Positions 1 through 12,325 of a DNA stretch of 64,000 nt are shown piece by piece. The stretch's first letter is position 1. Each line of letters begins with the position of its first letter. Source of the DNA: Vicugna vicugna (Eukaryota); NCBI GenBank assembly GCA_013265495.1, contig MU062119.1, positions 744,001 to 808,000 on the forward strand, read 5' to 3'. The notes under the pieces are model-generated. The model made no database searches. It was not told where the DNA came from and worked only from the letters and a program-made list of their open reading frames with translations. The position numbers and the translations under genes are program-made.

Positions 1-2719
1 CTGATATGGAACAAATTCTTACTTTTTTCTGGCACATCATTCCTGGGTTTGTCAAAGACAAAGGAAGAAAGACTTGCTGAGGGTCATGGGAGTGTGTGGT
101 GCTTGCAATGCACCTGGCATCCCTGGCTCTGTCTCCCACTGGGGCACAGAGCTGTGCAGAGGGCTGGACGTTTTCAATCACACACTCCCTTTGTCTGTAG
201 CATTAACCTTATGAGATCTTCTCCACCCTTCTCATAACATTTGGCATGTACCTCCTTCTCCAATGCTGGGCTGATAGGACCAACTAGGAGAATCAGTTGA
301 CACAATCTCTATCAGAAGCAACTGGGCTCGTCTCATCCAGAGCCAATAATGCACAAAACACAAGATGGCGGAACTCCAAGGTCACAGCACATTAGCAGAG
401 GAGAGGGGAATTATCAGTGGAGAAATACAATCAAGCACCATGTGGATGGGTGACAAGAAGTCCTCTGGCCAGAGAAACAGATTACATACCAGCACTGCCT
501 TGGCTCACTGCCCTGAAGAAATACAGAGCAATCCACACTCGGGGAAAATTCCATGAAACAGCAGAGCAGGAGCATCCTGAAGCCAGTGGCAGCACATTCC
601 AAGAAAAACATCCAATGAACCAAACCCCAAACAACGCAGACCTCAGAAATGTAAATAAAAATTAACTGAAAAAGGAAACCTTCAGAGTCTTGGGAAGGAA
701 CACAACAGATTAAGTGACCACAAAACACTAAAACACCAACTAGTTATTTACCCGCTGCTCTGTGGTAAATACAAGGCCCGTAGTCTCTTAGGAGGTCATT
801 TCTGGGCGCCAATGACTTAGCACATAGGCCAGCAAAGAGCATGGACTTTATTCGCCTCCTCAGGGCAAGTGGCATTTATCGTGGGCCTGAGAACCAGAAG
901 GAAGTTCCTTTGAACCTCTTAGTGTTAGAGCTATTTATAAGGATGACAGAGGAGTAGACAGTGGGAAAATTGCGTAGAGTCAGATGCCCTGGGTTTGCTT
1001 AGCCTGCCGCTGACTAACTCTACTGTCCACGCTGAATTTATCGGTTTCCTCATTTGGAGAAAGGGATGGATAATAATAATGATCATTTCTCCCTCACAAG
1101 GTTGGTCTGGATAGTAGCTGAGAAAATGGCGGCACAGAGCACTTTTTACAAGAGTCAGAGAACAATACAACACCAGTCAGGGTTGTACCTATTCCTGTTA
1201 CTACTTCATGTATTTTGGGTCATCGGAGAATTAGCGTCCACCTGCCTGGCAGCTGAGCTGTGCTCCTCTGAGCATCTACTTCAACCAGTTTGGCTAAAGT
1301 CTATAACCAGTGTCCAAAGGTTATAGAATAAGGTTTAAGCTTTTCTTGATGACTTAGATTCAAGGTTACGAACACCTACTCTTGTTCAAAATTGTGGTAG
1401 AGTCAGTTTTATCTGTGTGTTTGTTTTGATTTTCTCTCGTTCTGGTAGGTCAAGTGTAGCCTCAACCACAGATCTGTCTGAACAGCTTCTCTTCCTTCTC
1501 TCCTGCTTGTCTATTTCTAATTTGGTCAAAACCAAATAACCAAGCTTTTTAAAAGCGAGTGCTGACTATGAATGAGCAAGTATCTCTTTAGACTCTCGGA
1601 ATACAGTATTTGGTGTTCATTAAAGGGATTTGAGAGCATCATGCTAGAGCTCAGAGGTCTTTTTTGGCCTGAGATTAGAGAGGGGAAGTTGTTAGAAAAG
1701 TTGCCCTCAGGGTGAGTATGCAGTGCCTGAGTTGGGACTACTTTGGATATGTTTGGTCTGCTAACATCTCTCTCATATTTTAATGTAGGTGGGGGTGGGT
1801 TCAAGTGTGGTTATCACCACTTTACAGTCAATGGAGAATGATGCCCGAGACAGAAGGATTAGTGTTAGGGACAGGCAAGGGTCTCGGGGACCTGAGGGGC
1901 ATTCCTATATGTGGATCTTTAATCTCTTAGATCATTTTGACCAAGTTAAACTCCCTCTTTAGACTCATGATCATTTAGTTCAGAAAAATTAGTTACTGGG
2001 TTGATTTCTTCTCTGAAGTGGCCCATAGTTTTTATTAATTTTACCCAAAGAAGCTATTTTAACACCATAGCTTCTCACCATGGAGGAACCATGGGAGAAT
2101 CACAGGACATGCGTGCTGGAGGAAATCTTCCAGGCGATACAGACCCATGGTCCCCTGATGCTATTCAAAAGGCTCTTGCAGGTCCTGACAAATTTTCACC
2201 AGTCTGTGGAAAAATGAGGACAATGGGACAACTCAGCAATTTTCTCAGAAAGTTAATTCATTCCACTGAAATAGAGGTCTTCTGAAATTTTGCTCTTCCT
2301 TCTTTTCTGCTGTTCTCTGTCCTTTTATTTGAAGTTGCTATGGTAAGTGGCAATTATCTGAAAAAATTTCTATTTATCAAATCAAAATATTGACCATTCT
2401 ATGAGAGGCTTCTGATTTGTGATTGCTTTGTTTTTGTTGTTGTTGTTTGATCTGTAAATTTAAAAAGTTTGAGTACTTCAGAGTTAGACCTGCCAGCTCC
2501 TTCATTTTCAGATGTAAGAGCAGATGTGAGAAAGTTGCAAAAGTTCACACAACTGGGAAAGTTAGAAAGCCAGGACCAATGCCCGGCCTTGCTATTTCTG
2601 GTCCACAGCTCTATCCTTCAATAGGTAGAATGTTAGTGTTGTTAACAATTCTGTGGGATGAGATATGTGAGACTCTTAAAGAGGAGGGGATTGGAGAAAA
2701 GGGAACCTCATTTCGCAAG

Positions 2720-2870
2720 CCCTGCAGTGTGCCAGACACGGTGCTAACGCTTCATGTATGTTATTTTGTTTATTCTTTTAGACAGCAACTCTAAAAGAAG
2801 GTTAAAATCAAATGCACATTATAACTGGAGAAAACTAAGTTCAGAGAAGTGAAATAACTTGATGATTCAG
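2720..2870 (-). mobile_element. MIR
   Basis: GTGTGCCAGACACGGTGCTAACGCTTCATG...GAAAACTAAGTTCAGAGAAGTGAAATAACTTG. Confidence 0.7.
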
Positions 2871-3009
2871 AATGCACTGAACTGCATTACCACCTAGTTC
2901 CATGTCATTCATCAGACATCTATTGAGTGTCTTCCCTGTATAAGTCCATTGCTAAGTAACTGAAAGACTTTAGCAAATTATAAAGAGGTCATCAAGTATT
3001 CAGTAGTTG

Positions 3010-3170
3010 TTTACTGTGCCTCTCAAACAGTGCTATGAGGGTGGTTATCATCATCTTCATTTTTCAGATGAAGAAGGTGAGTTACAAGAGTTTAAGTGAT
3101 TTGCCCAGAGCCATGTATTTGGCATGTCGCTGAGCTGAGGCTGGCTTTCTGACTTGCAGTCCTGTCCTCT
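3010..3170 (-). mobile_element. MIR
   Basis: CATTTTCAGATGAAGAAGGTGAG...TTTAAGTGATTTGCCCAGAGCCA. Confidence 0.75.
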
Positions 3171-3320
3171 TTGCTCTATCTGTATGTTAGGGATACCTTT
3201 TTGAAGAGGAAAAACATGATGCACCGGCAAAACTTCAGTCTGCAGAGGATCATAAGCCAATGGACTGCAATTGTTGCTTTGAAAAGGCAGCAGCAAAAGG
3301 AGAGTTGATGGAGATACCAG

Positions 3321-3572
3321 NNNNNNNNNNNNNNNNNNNNNNNNNNNNNNNNNNNNNNNNNNNNNNNNNNNNNNNNNNNNNNNNNNNNNNNNNNNNNNNN
3401 NNNNNNNNNNNNNNNNNNNNNNNNNNNNNNNNNNNNNNNNNNNNNNNNNNNNNNNNNNNNNNNNNNNNNNNNNNNNNNNNNNNNNNNNNNNNNNNNNNNN
3501 NNNNNNNNNNNNNNNNNNNNNNNNNNNNNNNNNNNNNNNNNNNNNNNNNNNNNNNNNNNNNNNNNNNNNNNN
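3321..3572. other. assembly gap (252 N)
   Basis: run of N. Confidence 0.99.
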
Positions 3573-4339
3573 GTTATTCTGTGAAGGAAAAAAGGAAAAA
3601 GGTCTTGGCCTAGATAGTGTCATTTAAAAAAATTTATGTGAATATGAAGATGAGTTTAATAAACTTCTATTTTATCCAGAACTTCTTATGTCCAATGTGT
3701 GGCTTGTTTAGGCACACAATTACTTCCATTTAATTGAAGTTCCCAGGTTAGGGGATAAGAGTTACCATTTTGTTGTTGTCGCTGTTGAATGGATAACTGG
3801 TAGGGGATTGACCTGAGGCTTGTCTGCTCCAGCAACGGATACAAGGTGTCCGGGCTGTTGTCACTTGTTCAAAAGCAAAGGAACCCTGTTTGTAAGTGAA
3901 GTGTAATGGACTCTGCTCCTGTTCCTCAATTTTATTCCTAACATAATCATGTTTCTTTTTTTTTCAGGTATCAATATCACCACCATGAGATACAGGGAAA
4001 GTTGGCACCACTCCCAGTCTCAAAGGTAGATTTTGATTAACCTAAGCCAACAAACACATAGCATTCCCCCCATGACTAGTGATCCAGGAGTGACCTGTGT
4101 GTATAATCAGACAAAGGAAAGGGCTTAGGTGCCATACTTGAGGAAAAAGACTTTGCCTCTCTCTCCTGATAGGTAATAACAATAGGCACAGAGACTTAAG
4201 TGCTACCGGCATCTATTTTACAATTTCAAAGGGAGGAGAACCAGGTTTCTAAGGAGGCCGATGTTGAGGATGACTGATTGGAGAGTTTAAAAAAAAAAAG
4301 AAAACCCGAAAAGCTTGATTTTATCTCTGAGACTTTGAT

Positions 4340-4445
4340 TGTGCTATGCTTTCCTTATCCTTAGACTGTTATGTAAATATTTCATTTCCTTAATATTTAA
4401 GTCAGTTTTCATTTCTGTTGCTTGCAACTGAAAGCATTCTGATTG
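4340..4445 (+). mobile_element. MLT1 3'-end fragment
   Basis: TTTAAGTCAGTTTTCATTTCTGTTGCTTGCAACTGAAAGCATTCTGAT. Confidence 0.55.
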
Positions 4446-4599
4446 GAATTTGCTTCTGGAGGTCGAATCCGTTTTTTGAACCACAGTCTCGTGGTGTTTT
4501 TGAAGACAGGGAGGTTTGAATCTATGTCGAATGGCTTTATGTGTCCAGCTGTCACCACATGCGGAGCGGTCTTCTAAAGTAAGAATTACTCCTAACACT

Positions 4600-5045
4600 C
4601 CCTGGCTTCTTGATCTTGCCCCTTCCAGCCTCATCTACAACCCTTGCAGCCTCATCTCTAGCCGTGCTCATCAGCCACTCTGCCCTCTTCCAGTTATTCT
4701 AATGCACCGTCCTTGCTCTTACCTCTTGCCTTACTCATGCTCTTTCCGCTGACTCCAACCATCTCCTTGACTACTTCCTTCCCCGTGCTTCCTCTCCATT
4801 AAGTCTTGACTTAGGCATCCTTTCCCCTGGGAAGACTTCCCTTCATTGGTCTTCCTGATACTCCTATAGCACCTTATTCATCCCCACTCAGGGCACTTTC
4901 CACTCTTTATGGAAATGACCCATCGTCTCTGTTGGACTGTGGATCCAACGAGGACAGGAAACATCTGTTCTGTTTACAGTTTTGTCCCCAGGGCTTAGCC
5001 CACAGTTGGTACTACATAAAATATTTGCTGAAAGAATGATGAATT
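4600..5045 (+). mobile_element. L2 3' end
   Basis: CTGGGAAGACTTCCCT...GGACTGTGG...GAGGACAGGAAACATCTGTTCTGTTTAC...TCCCCAGGGCTTAGCCCACAG...AATATTTGCTGAAAGAATGATGAA. Confidence 0.8.
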
Positions 5046-6324
5046 AATTACTTAAAGCTACTCAAACATTCCACATTGCCTGGTACCCAAGTGCCTAAAT
5101 ATGGCTTTCAGTGATCTGGCCATGACTTCCTGTCCAGACCCCAATTCTGTTACTCACCAGAAGTTTCTTATTTAAAGTGCACTGAATCACACATCCTTTG
5201 CTGTTTCATGTCTCAGTGCCCATGATGGGCATCTTGCTACTTCCTGAAACTACCCATTGTGTTGTAGCTCTGCTTCCTGAGGTTGGGCAAATGCTTTAAA
5301 ATAGTAAAATGAGTTCAAACAAATAAACAACACACAAGGAAACACACCACCAAAAAAAAAAAAACCACAAAACACCAAACAAACCTGCGTTTAAATTCCA
5401 CTTATTCATTCTGCTCAGTGGCACTGGGCAGTGTGCTTTATCGCTCATGCACAACATGGGGGTGTAACTGTACCTGACAGTGTTGTTGTGAAGATAAATG
5501 AAGAAATGCAGGGGCAGTCACCTGGCACAATAATCCTGGCACCAAGTTCTTGGAATAACCCTCTTTGCTGAATCATTGTTAAACTCTTAACTTCTGGCTT
5601 CAGAATCAACCATAATTTGATTCTGAACTATTTCTTTGAAACAGGAAAATCAAAGACTCAAAATTGACCATGAAGTTGGACTTCAGGAAAAGAGAATGTT
5701 TGAGAAGGAACAAAGTGGCCTTGCAGGGTCTTAATTATTTTGTACTTTAAAGTCTGGAGAGTCTGGGGCTAGCGAGAGTACTGTTTGGGGTTAGTGGGAA
5801 TATTGTTTGGGAAGTTAATTTGGTTTGGCTAAAATGGTAACTTCATTATGGCTGAACCTGCAATTTCCAGGAAGTTTCAGAGTTTCCACAGTTTCAATAA
5901 CAATTGCAGAGCCCACAGGGCAATCCTTCAAGGCCAGATGAGAGCACTGCGGCAGGTGTTCAGTGGTGCCTTTTGGATGCTGCTGGGAAAGAGCTGAAGT
6001 GCTGAGGAGAAGCCCATTAAAAGCTTTTCCGACAGGCAGAACCGTGCTCTCTGGGTTCGCAGAATGAGCTGGACTGACTGTCCTTGCAACGTCTTCCTGT
6101 ATCACTGGGTTCTCCTCCTTGAGCAAGCTCCTGGTTTCTTATCCCTGGTTTCAGCTCTGTGTGTTCTGTGGTTTGGGGCACTTTAACCTTTCCAGCAACC
6201 ACCTTTTTCCCAGACATGTTTTAGAGGGGCAGAGGGGGGAAGGCGATAGCTTCTAGAAAGGGGTACCGAAAGTAGATGCTGCATCTAAACAAGACTTTCC
6301 CTTCACTTTAATGTCTTTATTGTT

Positions 6325-6572
6325 GAGTGGTAGGCAAAACGTGTGCTTTGGAGTCAGAGAGCCAGCTTTGAAACTCAGCTTATCCACCCATTGGCTGTAT
6401 GATTTGGGGCATGCTGTTTAACCTCTTTGAGCCTCAGCTTTCTCATCTGTAAAATGGGAATAATATCTGCCTTGTAGATTTTTTTTTGCAGTAATGAAAT
6501 GAGATCACAGATGCAAAACATCCAGCAAAAGGCAGAGTGCATAGTAGGTGTTCGACAAAGGTGACCTTATTG
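6325..6572 (+). mobile_element. MIR, near full length
   Basis: CTTTGGAGTCAGA...TTTAACCTCTTTGAGCCTCAGCTTTCTCATCTGTAAAATGGGAATAATA...CATAGTAGGTG. Confidence 0.9.
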
Positions 6573-7264
6573 CTAATCTTGTATTATTACTGGAAAGTAT
6601 GCAGTGCCTATAAATTGGCTTCAGTCACCTCAGAGTGGAGTGAGAGAGGCAGTTCTCTTTCAACTTGATTCACAAGCCACTAAAGAGAAGAGATATCATC
6701 CAGAAAGTATCAGGGTCATATTCACTTTACATTTTAACCTCTCTGAGAGCTTCATCCCTTAGGAGGGTGGGCCACACGCTATCTTGGAATCAAGATCTAG
6801 ATCCACATTCCTCGTTGAGGGTAGGATGAAGTGAAGGGCATGGTCCGCTCTCTATGGAGTGAGGATTAAGCATGAACTCTCATAGAGATCAGAATTTAAT
6901 GAGCAGAGAAAAGGAGACATAAATGTGGAATTGAGAATAAGGATGTCCTGAGACTCAGTCTCCTCCTTTGTAAAATAAAGAGGTGGATGAGATGAGTATT
7001 TCCTAACTTTTGTGGCCTGCCATATCATTTACATTTTCTTCATGGGATCCAGGAAATAGGAGATAAAAGAAAAGATAGAGAAGAGAGAAACTGAAGGCCA
7101 TCCCTGCACTGAGGAGCAGGAATGGACAGGATAAAGGTAGTGATATTGTGTGCCTTTGGTCTGTGGACTCCAGCTAATGCTTAAGTTTTCTTCCAGAATT
7201 TTTCCTTTTTTTTTTCTTTTCAATTAAGGGCCAAAAAGAAAAAATGAGGCTTCCAAGTAGGATG

Positions 7265-7570
7265 TACTCAGCTAAGCAAACATTTCCTGAACAGCCGCAG
7301 GCAGCTATTGTACTAAGCTGTGGGGATATGAAGTTGACTCGAATGTGGTCCATGACTCCAACAGCTCCTACAGTCTAATGGGAGAGACAGAGACCATGCA
7401 CATCACTTCAGTGTAATGTGATGAATGCTGTGACAGGGGAAGCCCGGGAGCTGGGGAAGCTCTGGGGAAGCAACTTGGTGGCAGATGTCAGGGAGGACAT
7501 CCTCAAGGAGGTGATGCCTTTGCTGAGTCTTGAAGGGTGAATAGGATTCAGCCCTGTAAGGAGAGGTGAA
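7265..7570 (-). mobile_element. L2 3' end
   Basis: AAACATTTCCTGAAC...CTACAGTCTAATGGGAGAGACAG...GGAGGTGATGCCTTTGCTGAGTCTTGAAGGGTGAATAGG. Confidence 0.8.
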
Positions 7571-8474
7571 CAACAGCTCATGTTGTCAGAGAATAGGTTC
7601 TTGCCACTCAGAATAATGACCCTAGTGATCCTGGGTTATTTCTCTCAATCACTCCCGGGGCAGCAACATGGAAATCATTCCAAATCGTTGGCTGGGGATG
7701 GTTTATTTTGGACATGCTCAATCACTGAGTACATATTTTTCCAGGATTTGTGAGGAGATGGATTTCCATGTGTGCTGTGCTCCAGCGTGTCTCCTTGGGG
7801 TGTTTATTTACTGTGCTTTTATTCCATAACCTAGCAGGATGTCACAGCTGGAGGCAGCTGGTGGTAAATAAACAGCTTCCATTACCCAACCCCATCACCA
7901 TCCTCCATCCTGCTTCAAAAACATAGTCTCAGCCTATGGGTTCCTTCACCCTCAAATCCACTGCAGCGTCAAAGTCCTGTGGACTTGCAGGAGTGTTTCC
8001 TTTTTAAAAGTAAAATTGGCAAATAAGGCAAAGGACTATTTAGGTCACAAGGAAATTTAGACGCTAAAAAGGTAGACTTTCTTAGCAAAACCCGATCAAT
8101 CACTTAGGCTCCTTGATAGGAAAAGAAAGACACCAACAAACAAGTCAAACATCTCATGCTGGGAAGGTGATCTGGGGGTGATTCAATGAAATATGATTTG
8201 GTTGAGACTCTATGTGTCTTTGTTTGCACGTATTTTATCTCATTTGGTGAATCTGTGTGAGGTTTATCAAACTAATAATGAGTGAACACAGAGCAAATGG
8301 GAAGGATGAAGGAAGGGAAGCAGAATCATCTCCTTTCTGCCTGTCAGAGGATTGTTGTCATGGAATTCTGATACAGATTCACAATTAATATGACGTTGCA
8401 GGGCAAACACTACAATACAGAAAGGAAGCAGGGGCTACTAACCAGTCAACAGCCAAACACTCTTGCTCTTCTTG

Positions 8475-8682
8475 TTTTTTTTAACTGAAGTAATAAAGTA
8501 TAGTCAGTTACAATGTGTCGGTTACAATATGTCAATCTTTGGTGTACAGCATAATGTTTCAATCATACATAGACATACATATATTTGTTTTCATATTCTT
8601 TTTCATTATAGATGACTACAAGATATTGAATATAGTTCTCTATGCTATACAGTAGAAATTTATTTTTCATCTTTTTTTATAT
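8475..8682 (-). mobile_element. relatively young L1 3' end (artiodactyl/camelid type), 5'-truncated
   Basis: T-run then GAAGTA...TATAGTCAGTTACAATGTGTC...GGTGTACAGCATAATGTTTCAATCATACAT...CAAGATATTGAATATAGTTCTCTATGCTATACAG, a typical antisense L1 3' UTR. Confidence 0.85.
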
Positions 8683-9502
8683 CCAGCTCTTTAATGTATC
8701 AAACTCTTAGGCTTTCGGTTATATACAGGTTCAAACTAAGCTCTCCTCCTTGTGCTCTCTGGGAGGAGGGGGGTCTACTGATAAACAGGAAGGGAAGAGG
8801 CAACCCAGACACTTGTTAGAGAAGAGGGAGGCAAGCCTTATATTCCTGAGTTAGCAAACGCCAAGAAGCCTCTAAAAAGTGGGGTTAAAAACATACATTT
8901 ACAAGTGGTATTTATCCATTGAGATATTTAACACTGATAAAGCAATGTATTTGTTGAACAGAGGAAAACATTGAATATCTATAATTGTTTTTTTTTTTCA
9001 TTTAATGTGCACATTAGCAAGTGCATGGTAAAGTGAAATAAGGAATTCTCAGATCCTTGCCTTGATAATAGCCCTAATGGTATTCTTTTACTAGGCAGGA
9101 GTTTTTCTTGAAGTTAAGTTTGGTAAGTCTGGGTGAATAGCTCTTGGCAAGTAACATATCAGGATAAGACCAAAATACTGCCATAAAAACAGTTTCTGTT
9201 GGACTCTGAAACACACAAGCAGCCAGCTACCAGTCCAATTGGCACCTGAGCAGTCAGAAGGAATCCGGGATGGAAAATGGAAGCCTTGTTGTAAAAATAA
9301 ATGCATTTCATCTCCAGCAAGTTTGAATATGATCTCCCTTCTGAGCCTTTCCTCTTGATAAACTTAACATCTTGATAAAATTAACATCAAATGAGTTCTC
9401 TCAGGAGAAGAGGAGAGCGAGCAAGGAATGGAGAATCATGATAAAGGAAATGTTCTGCCTTTTGGGAGAGATTCATTCTTCTCAACATAAGTTGCGTGTG
9501 TG

Positions 9503-9523
9503 TGTTTGTTTGTTTGTTTGTTT
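9503..9523. repeat. (TTTG)n microsatellite after a short (GT)n
   Basis: direct reading. Confidence 0.9.
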
Positions 9524-11321
9524 CAACTGCAGTTTTTGACATCTATGAAGCCTCAGTGTTACTGAGTACTGAACTTATTTCAAGGTGCTTGAAAAACTGA
9601 GACCAGAAAATTTGCCACAGAAATTTGGATGCGTATCTGAAGGCTTCCAGAAAGCGAGTGAGTAGTGTGTCATGAGCTTAAAAGCAAATTGCTCACCTCA
9701 CCTTCTCTAAAAATGTTCAATTATTGGCTTTCCCTGGACAGTTTTGGAATAAACTTATGAGAAAGTTCATGAAGCTTGCGAACCAGCTGCATGCACAAGA
9801 AAATGCTATTTTGTAATATTGAGAAAGTTTAAATTTCTTTCTATATGTCATCATTAATTGCGTTAATTGTAGGCTATCCTGAAGGCCAACAAAGACTGGG
9901 TCATCAAGTAATTAGGACCATTTTGAGAATTTGATTGTTTTTGTTTTGTTTTTGGGTATCAACAAATGTTTATTTAACTTATAGAAGATGGTTATTTGGG
10001 GGTCTGAAGCACAGGTAAGTGTGTTAAAGCCAATAAAGTAATTTTTTTGTGACTTCATCATTCTTCCTAAACTTACTGGCCTATAGTAGTGTCATGCGAT
10101 AGGAGGTGCTTTTATACTCTTTATCATTTGGCATTTTAAAATCTACTGACTTACACTTAGATGGCACAAAAGAGCATTTATTAAATGTCAGTGCTTTCCC
10201 CTGCCCCAGCTCTTTTGTCCTTTTCTGGCTTTGGAGATAGAGTAGTTGAGGCATCTGTCAAGATAGATGGAGGGTAAGATTAATGCATAACTTTAGATAA
10301 GTTTTCTTCATTCAGGCCCAAGGGACTTGATCTGCTTCCTGGCTGTAAGGGCTTTGAGGTTGCAGAACGTCACACGACTCACAGTCGTAAAAGCCCATCT
10401 AGGCCGTTTCTTTCCTCTCAAGCTCTAACAGTGTCCCAGGAGTCCTCATAAATCCACCCAACCAAAGACCTGTTTGTGGCAATTCACTGACTCCTTTGCT
10501 TCCATGTTCCTCTTCTCACTACAACTGAGTGGCTTCATGACCACCTGGGATGTTTAACCTGGCCTTTCCGTTAGGAACAGGTCAAGCATTCTGTTTGACC
10601 TTCCTTGTCCATAGAGTGGGAATAGACGTTCCTACCTGTGGGGAGAAGAGGTCTTGCGAGGATTAAATCAGGTAATAAAGTAGTGTATCTAGTTTCTGGT
10701 ATTGAGCAGGTTTTCAACATGGCAATTGGTGCCTTCTCTGTCTCCCTGAAGGTCAGTGTGCAATGCTGTCGGTGTCAGGTGGTTTGAAGTGTCCTAATTA
10801 AGTGTATACGGTAACTAAGCTTCAAGCTAGGCTACCTAATAGTTCTGCATTGACTGTGTATAAAGACTTGGTCTTTTTTTTTTTTATCTTATTCTTAAGA
10901 AAAAACCCTTATGCTATACTCAAAGAAGAACCTTTGGATCCTTCTTTTTCCTGTCTTGACCTAGTTGGTACTTTCCACCCAGCTGTTCAGAATGAGCCCC
11001 CAGACTTCTTTCTAGAGCTTGCCCTGTCCAGCTGTAGCTCTCTGCCAGCAGTGAATGGCAGTCTAGCCTTGTTCACTAATGCCATTATTAACTTCTTAGG
11101 TAATGCAGTTGACAGCTGAGCTCTCCTTGAGATCTCAGGAAGATTGGTTCCAATCCTTACTCCCCTGCTTTTCTCAAGATGCCTGTGACTCTCAGGATGC
11201 TTAGATGATCATGGCCATCTTTGACTCTGTTTTCTCTGTTAGGAATCACTCCACGATTTCCATCTGCATTCTCTGTCCTACATCATGTTGCTCCTCTGCC
11301 TTAAATCCTCTACAAGATCAG

Positions 11322-11810
11322 TGTTGTGGAATTTGGCAGGCTGTTAAGTGGGCAGTAAAAGGATTTATCAGACAAAGGAGGAAGATAAAAAGGTGTTTAC
11401 TGAGTACGCTGTTATAGGCAATAGCGGGCCACAGACAAGAGGTATCTGTGTGCCCTGAGAGTTGGTTGTTGAAGTCTTTCATAAAGGAGGGTAACCTTTA
11501 ACTCCTTATGCTTATGTGATTCTTCCACAGAGGGGTCACAGGGTACGTGATCAGCTCATGCACAGTTCTCTGAGTGGTTAATGTTGACGCCACAGGGAAG
11601 GGAGGGGGTCAGGAAAGGGTAGGGCGTTGTGACCAGTTCTGGTGGTCAGGCTTCCGGGCATGGTAAAGCTGATCATTGTCTAGAGTAGTTAGTTCAGGTA
11701 AGGCAGGTAGGTATTAAGAAAGGAATGTTCTTTGTTATCTTTAAAGGGCAGCAACTGAATGCTTGAGGGGCCTTAGAGTAGGAGCATGCCATATGTCTGT
11801 GGACCCCACA
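11322..11810 (-). mobile_element. ERV1-like solo LTR (489 bp)
   Basis: TG...CA termini (TGTTGTGG...CCCCACA); flanks ATCAG/ATCAA as a likely TSD; antisense AGTAAA poly(A)-like signal near 11396; family not named. Confidence 0.75.
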
Positions 11811-11949
11811 ATCAACTCAAACAATTTGTATTTGCAGTACTCCTATTGAAGGTTGAGGAGTCTAAGAAAGAATTTGCTTGGCAGCAGTGAACACAATTTC
11901 AAATTCAGCATGAAGCTTTTGGTAGGTTAGGATCATTGTTTAGCAAACA

Positions 11950-12325
11950 TCTACTCCCAACTGCTACTCCCTCCTCCATCAGAGGAGTTTACTTCTATAT
12001 TCCATTGATAATAAGCTTGGTCATGTGACTTGCTTCAGTCAACAGAATGTTATCAGAGGTAACACAAGCAGAGGCTTGAAATGAGCTTGGGAGGAAAGAT
12101 CTGACTCTAGTAATTCTGCCATTGTCAAGAAAAAAATGTGCACGAGGTATCCCACTCGTCACAGAAGAATGAAGACCACGTGTCATAGGCCTGAAACAAA
12201 CACATGAACTAGAGCCACACCCAGTCTAGACTTTCTGCTAACTCATAGATGTGTGAGCAAGAAACAATGACTTGTTGTTTTGTGTTTGGGGATCATTTGT
12301 TATGCAGCAATTGCTGACTGATACA
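11950..12325 (+). mobile_element. old MLT1 (H/I/J-type) LTR
   Basis: CTTGGTCATGTGACTTGCTTCAGTCAACAGAATG ... ATGTGTGAGCAAGAAACAATGACTTGTTG ... TTGTTATGCAGCAATTGCTGACTGATACA. Confidence 0.85.

Noticed and set aside
365-665. Resemblance of the two ORFs to prefoldin-6 (MAEL.., VEKY.Q, DYI..)
   Set aside because: Only a few scattered residues match; the nucleotide sequence does not follow the PFDN6 mRNA as I recall it
3057-3623. 188-aa and 117-aa ORFs
   Set aside because: Length is an artefact of 252 Ns translated as X
8507-8533. 14-bp tandem duplication in the L1 3' end (similar one near 21465-21493)
   Set aside because: Ordinary slippage micro-duplications in neutral repeats
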